Source of the DNA: a virus
Lineage: Duplodnaviria > Caudoviricetes
IMG/VR virus record: IMGVR_UViG_3300031993_000010
Span: 32,001-96,000 of that record
Length of the DNA stretch: 64,000 bases
Reading direction: 5' to 3' (one strand)
Part shown: in pieces, positions 63,594 to 64,000 of the stretch
Numbering within the stretch: position 1 is the first letter of the stretch
Layout of the letters: every line of letters starts with the position of its first letter
Program-made: the position numbers and the translations under genes
Notes under the pieces: model-generated
Database searches by the model: none
What the model was told of the DNA's origin: nothing
Seen by the model: only the letters and a program-made list of their open reading frames with translations

Positions 63594-64000
63594 ATGAAGA
63601 CAAAACAGGTATTAAAAATATTAAAAGTAACAAGACCGACATTGACCAAATACGTCAAAAACGGACGTATAAAGGTCAAAGAGATGCCAAACGGTTTCTA
63701 TGAATACAATGACGATGACGTGTTCAAAGCCGCAAATATTTCGCCGTCTCGCAAATGTGTCATTTATGCACGTGTCTCAACACAGAAACAGAAACGGGAT
63801 TTACAAAACCAGATTGACGTGATACGCGAATATGCAAACAAAAACGGTTATACGGTCGAGAGAGTATATTCTGACGTCGCAAGCGGATTAAACTATGACC
63901 GTGGTGAGTTTCAGGAAATGCTCAACGAAATATTGGCGTACAAAATCAAAACAGTCATTGTTTCAAACAAAGACAGGCTAACAAGAGTTTCGTTTGGCAT
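63594..64000 (+). mobile_element. tnpA: IS607-family TnpA serine recombinase (3'-truncated by the window edge)
   Basis: Not in the ORF track. MKTKQVLKILKVTRPTLTKYVKNG (MerR-like HTH), IYARVSTQKQKRDLQNQ, DVASGLNYDR, KDRLTR. Confidence 0.9.

Overview
The window reads as a 64-kb segment of a large (jumbo-class) dsDNA bacteriophage of Bacteroidota (Prevotella/Bacteroides-like host), using the standard genetic code. The evidence is dense, mostly + strand genes, no cellular housekeeping operons, and Bacteroidota-type TTTG-N19/20-TAnnTTTG promoters. Layout: (1) 1-15 kb, virion baseplate/tail genes rich in Ig-like, InlB-B/Flg_new-type and DUF3244-like modules. (2) 15-22 kb, replication/recombination (SbcD- and SbcC-like, RuvC-like, primase) and a sigma70. 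(3) 22-31 kb, late head/internal proteins, including a 1020-aa Nudix/ADP-ribosyltransferase-like polyvalent protein, and a holin-like gene. (4) 32-42 kb, host-takeover module: 5'-nucleotidase, a soluble ClpB-like AAA+/FtsH-M41 protease chimera, DnaK, DnaJ, Nudix, macro-like protein, IF-3 and a second sigma70. (5) 42-64 kb, accessory genes: PTH2-like hydrolase, a WG-repeat pair, five orphan DNA methyltransferases, GNAT, a repeat-rich GIY-YIG endonuclease, RlaP-like nucleotidyltransferase, CCA-adding enzyme, YqeY, thioredoxin, and an IS607 tnpA at the right edge. The most notable observations are: a homing endonuclease that orphaned and rebuilt the 5' end of its target gene; the AAA+/M41 chimera beside a putatively sigma54-driven dnaK; a family of late proteins with shared capsid-targeting and xxE cleavage-like motifs; a three-class promoter code; and two unannotated CSC micropeptides. 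All assignments come from motif reading by eye; no database searches were run.
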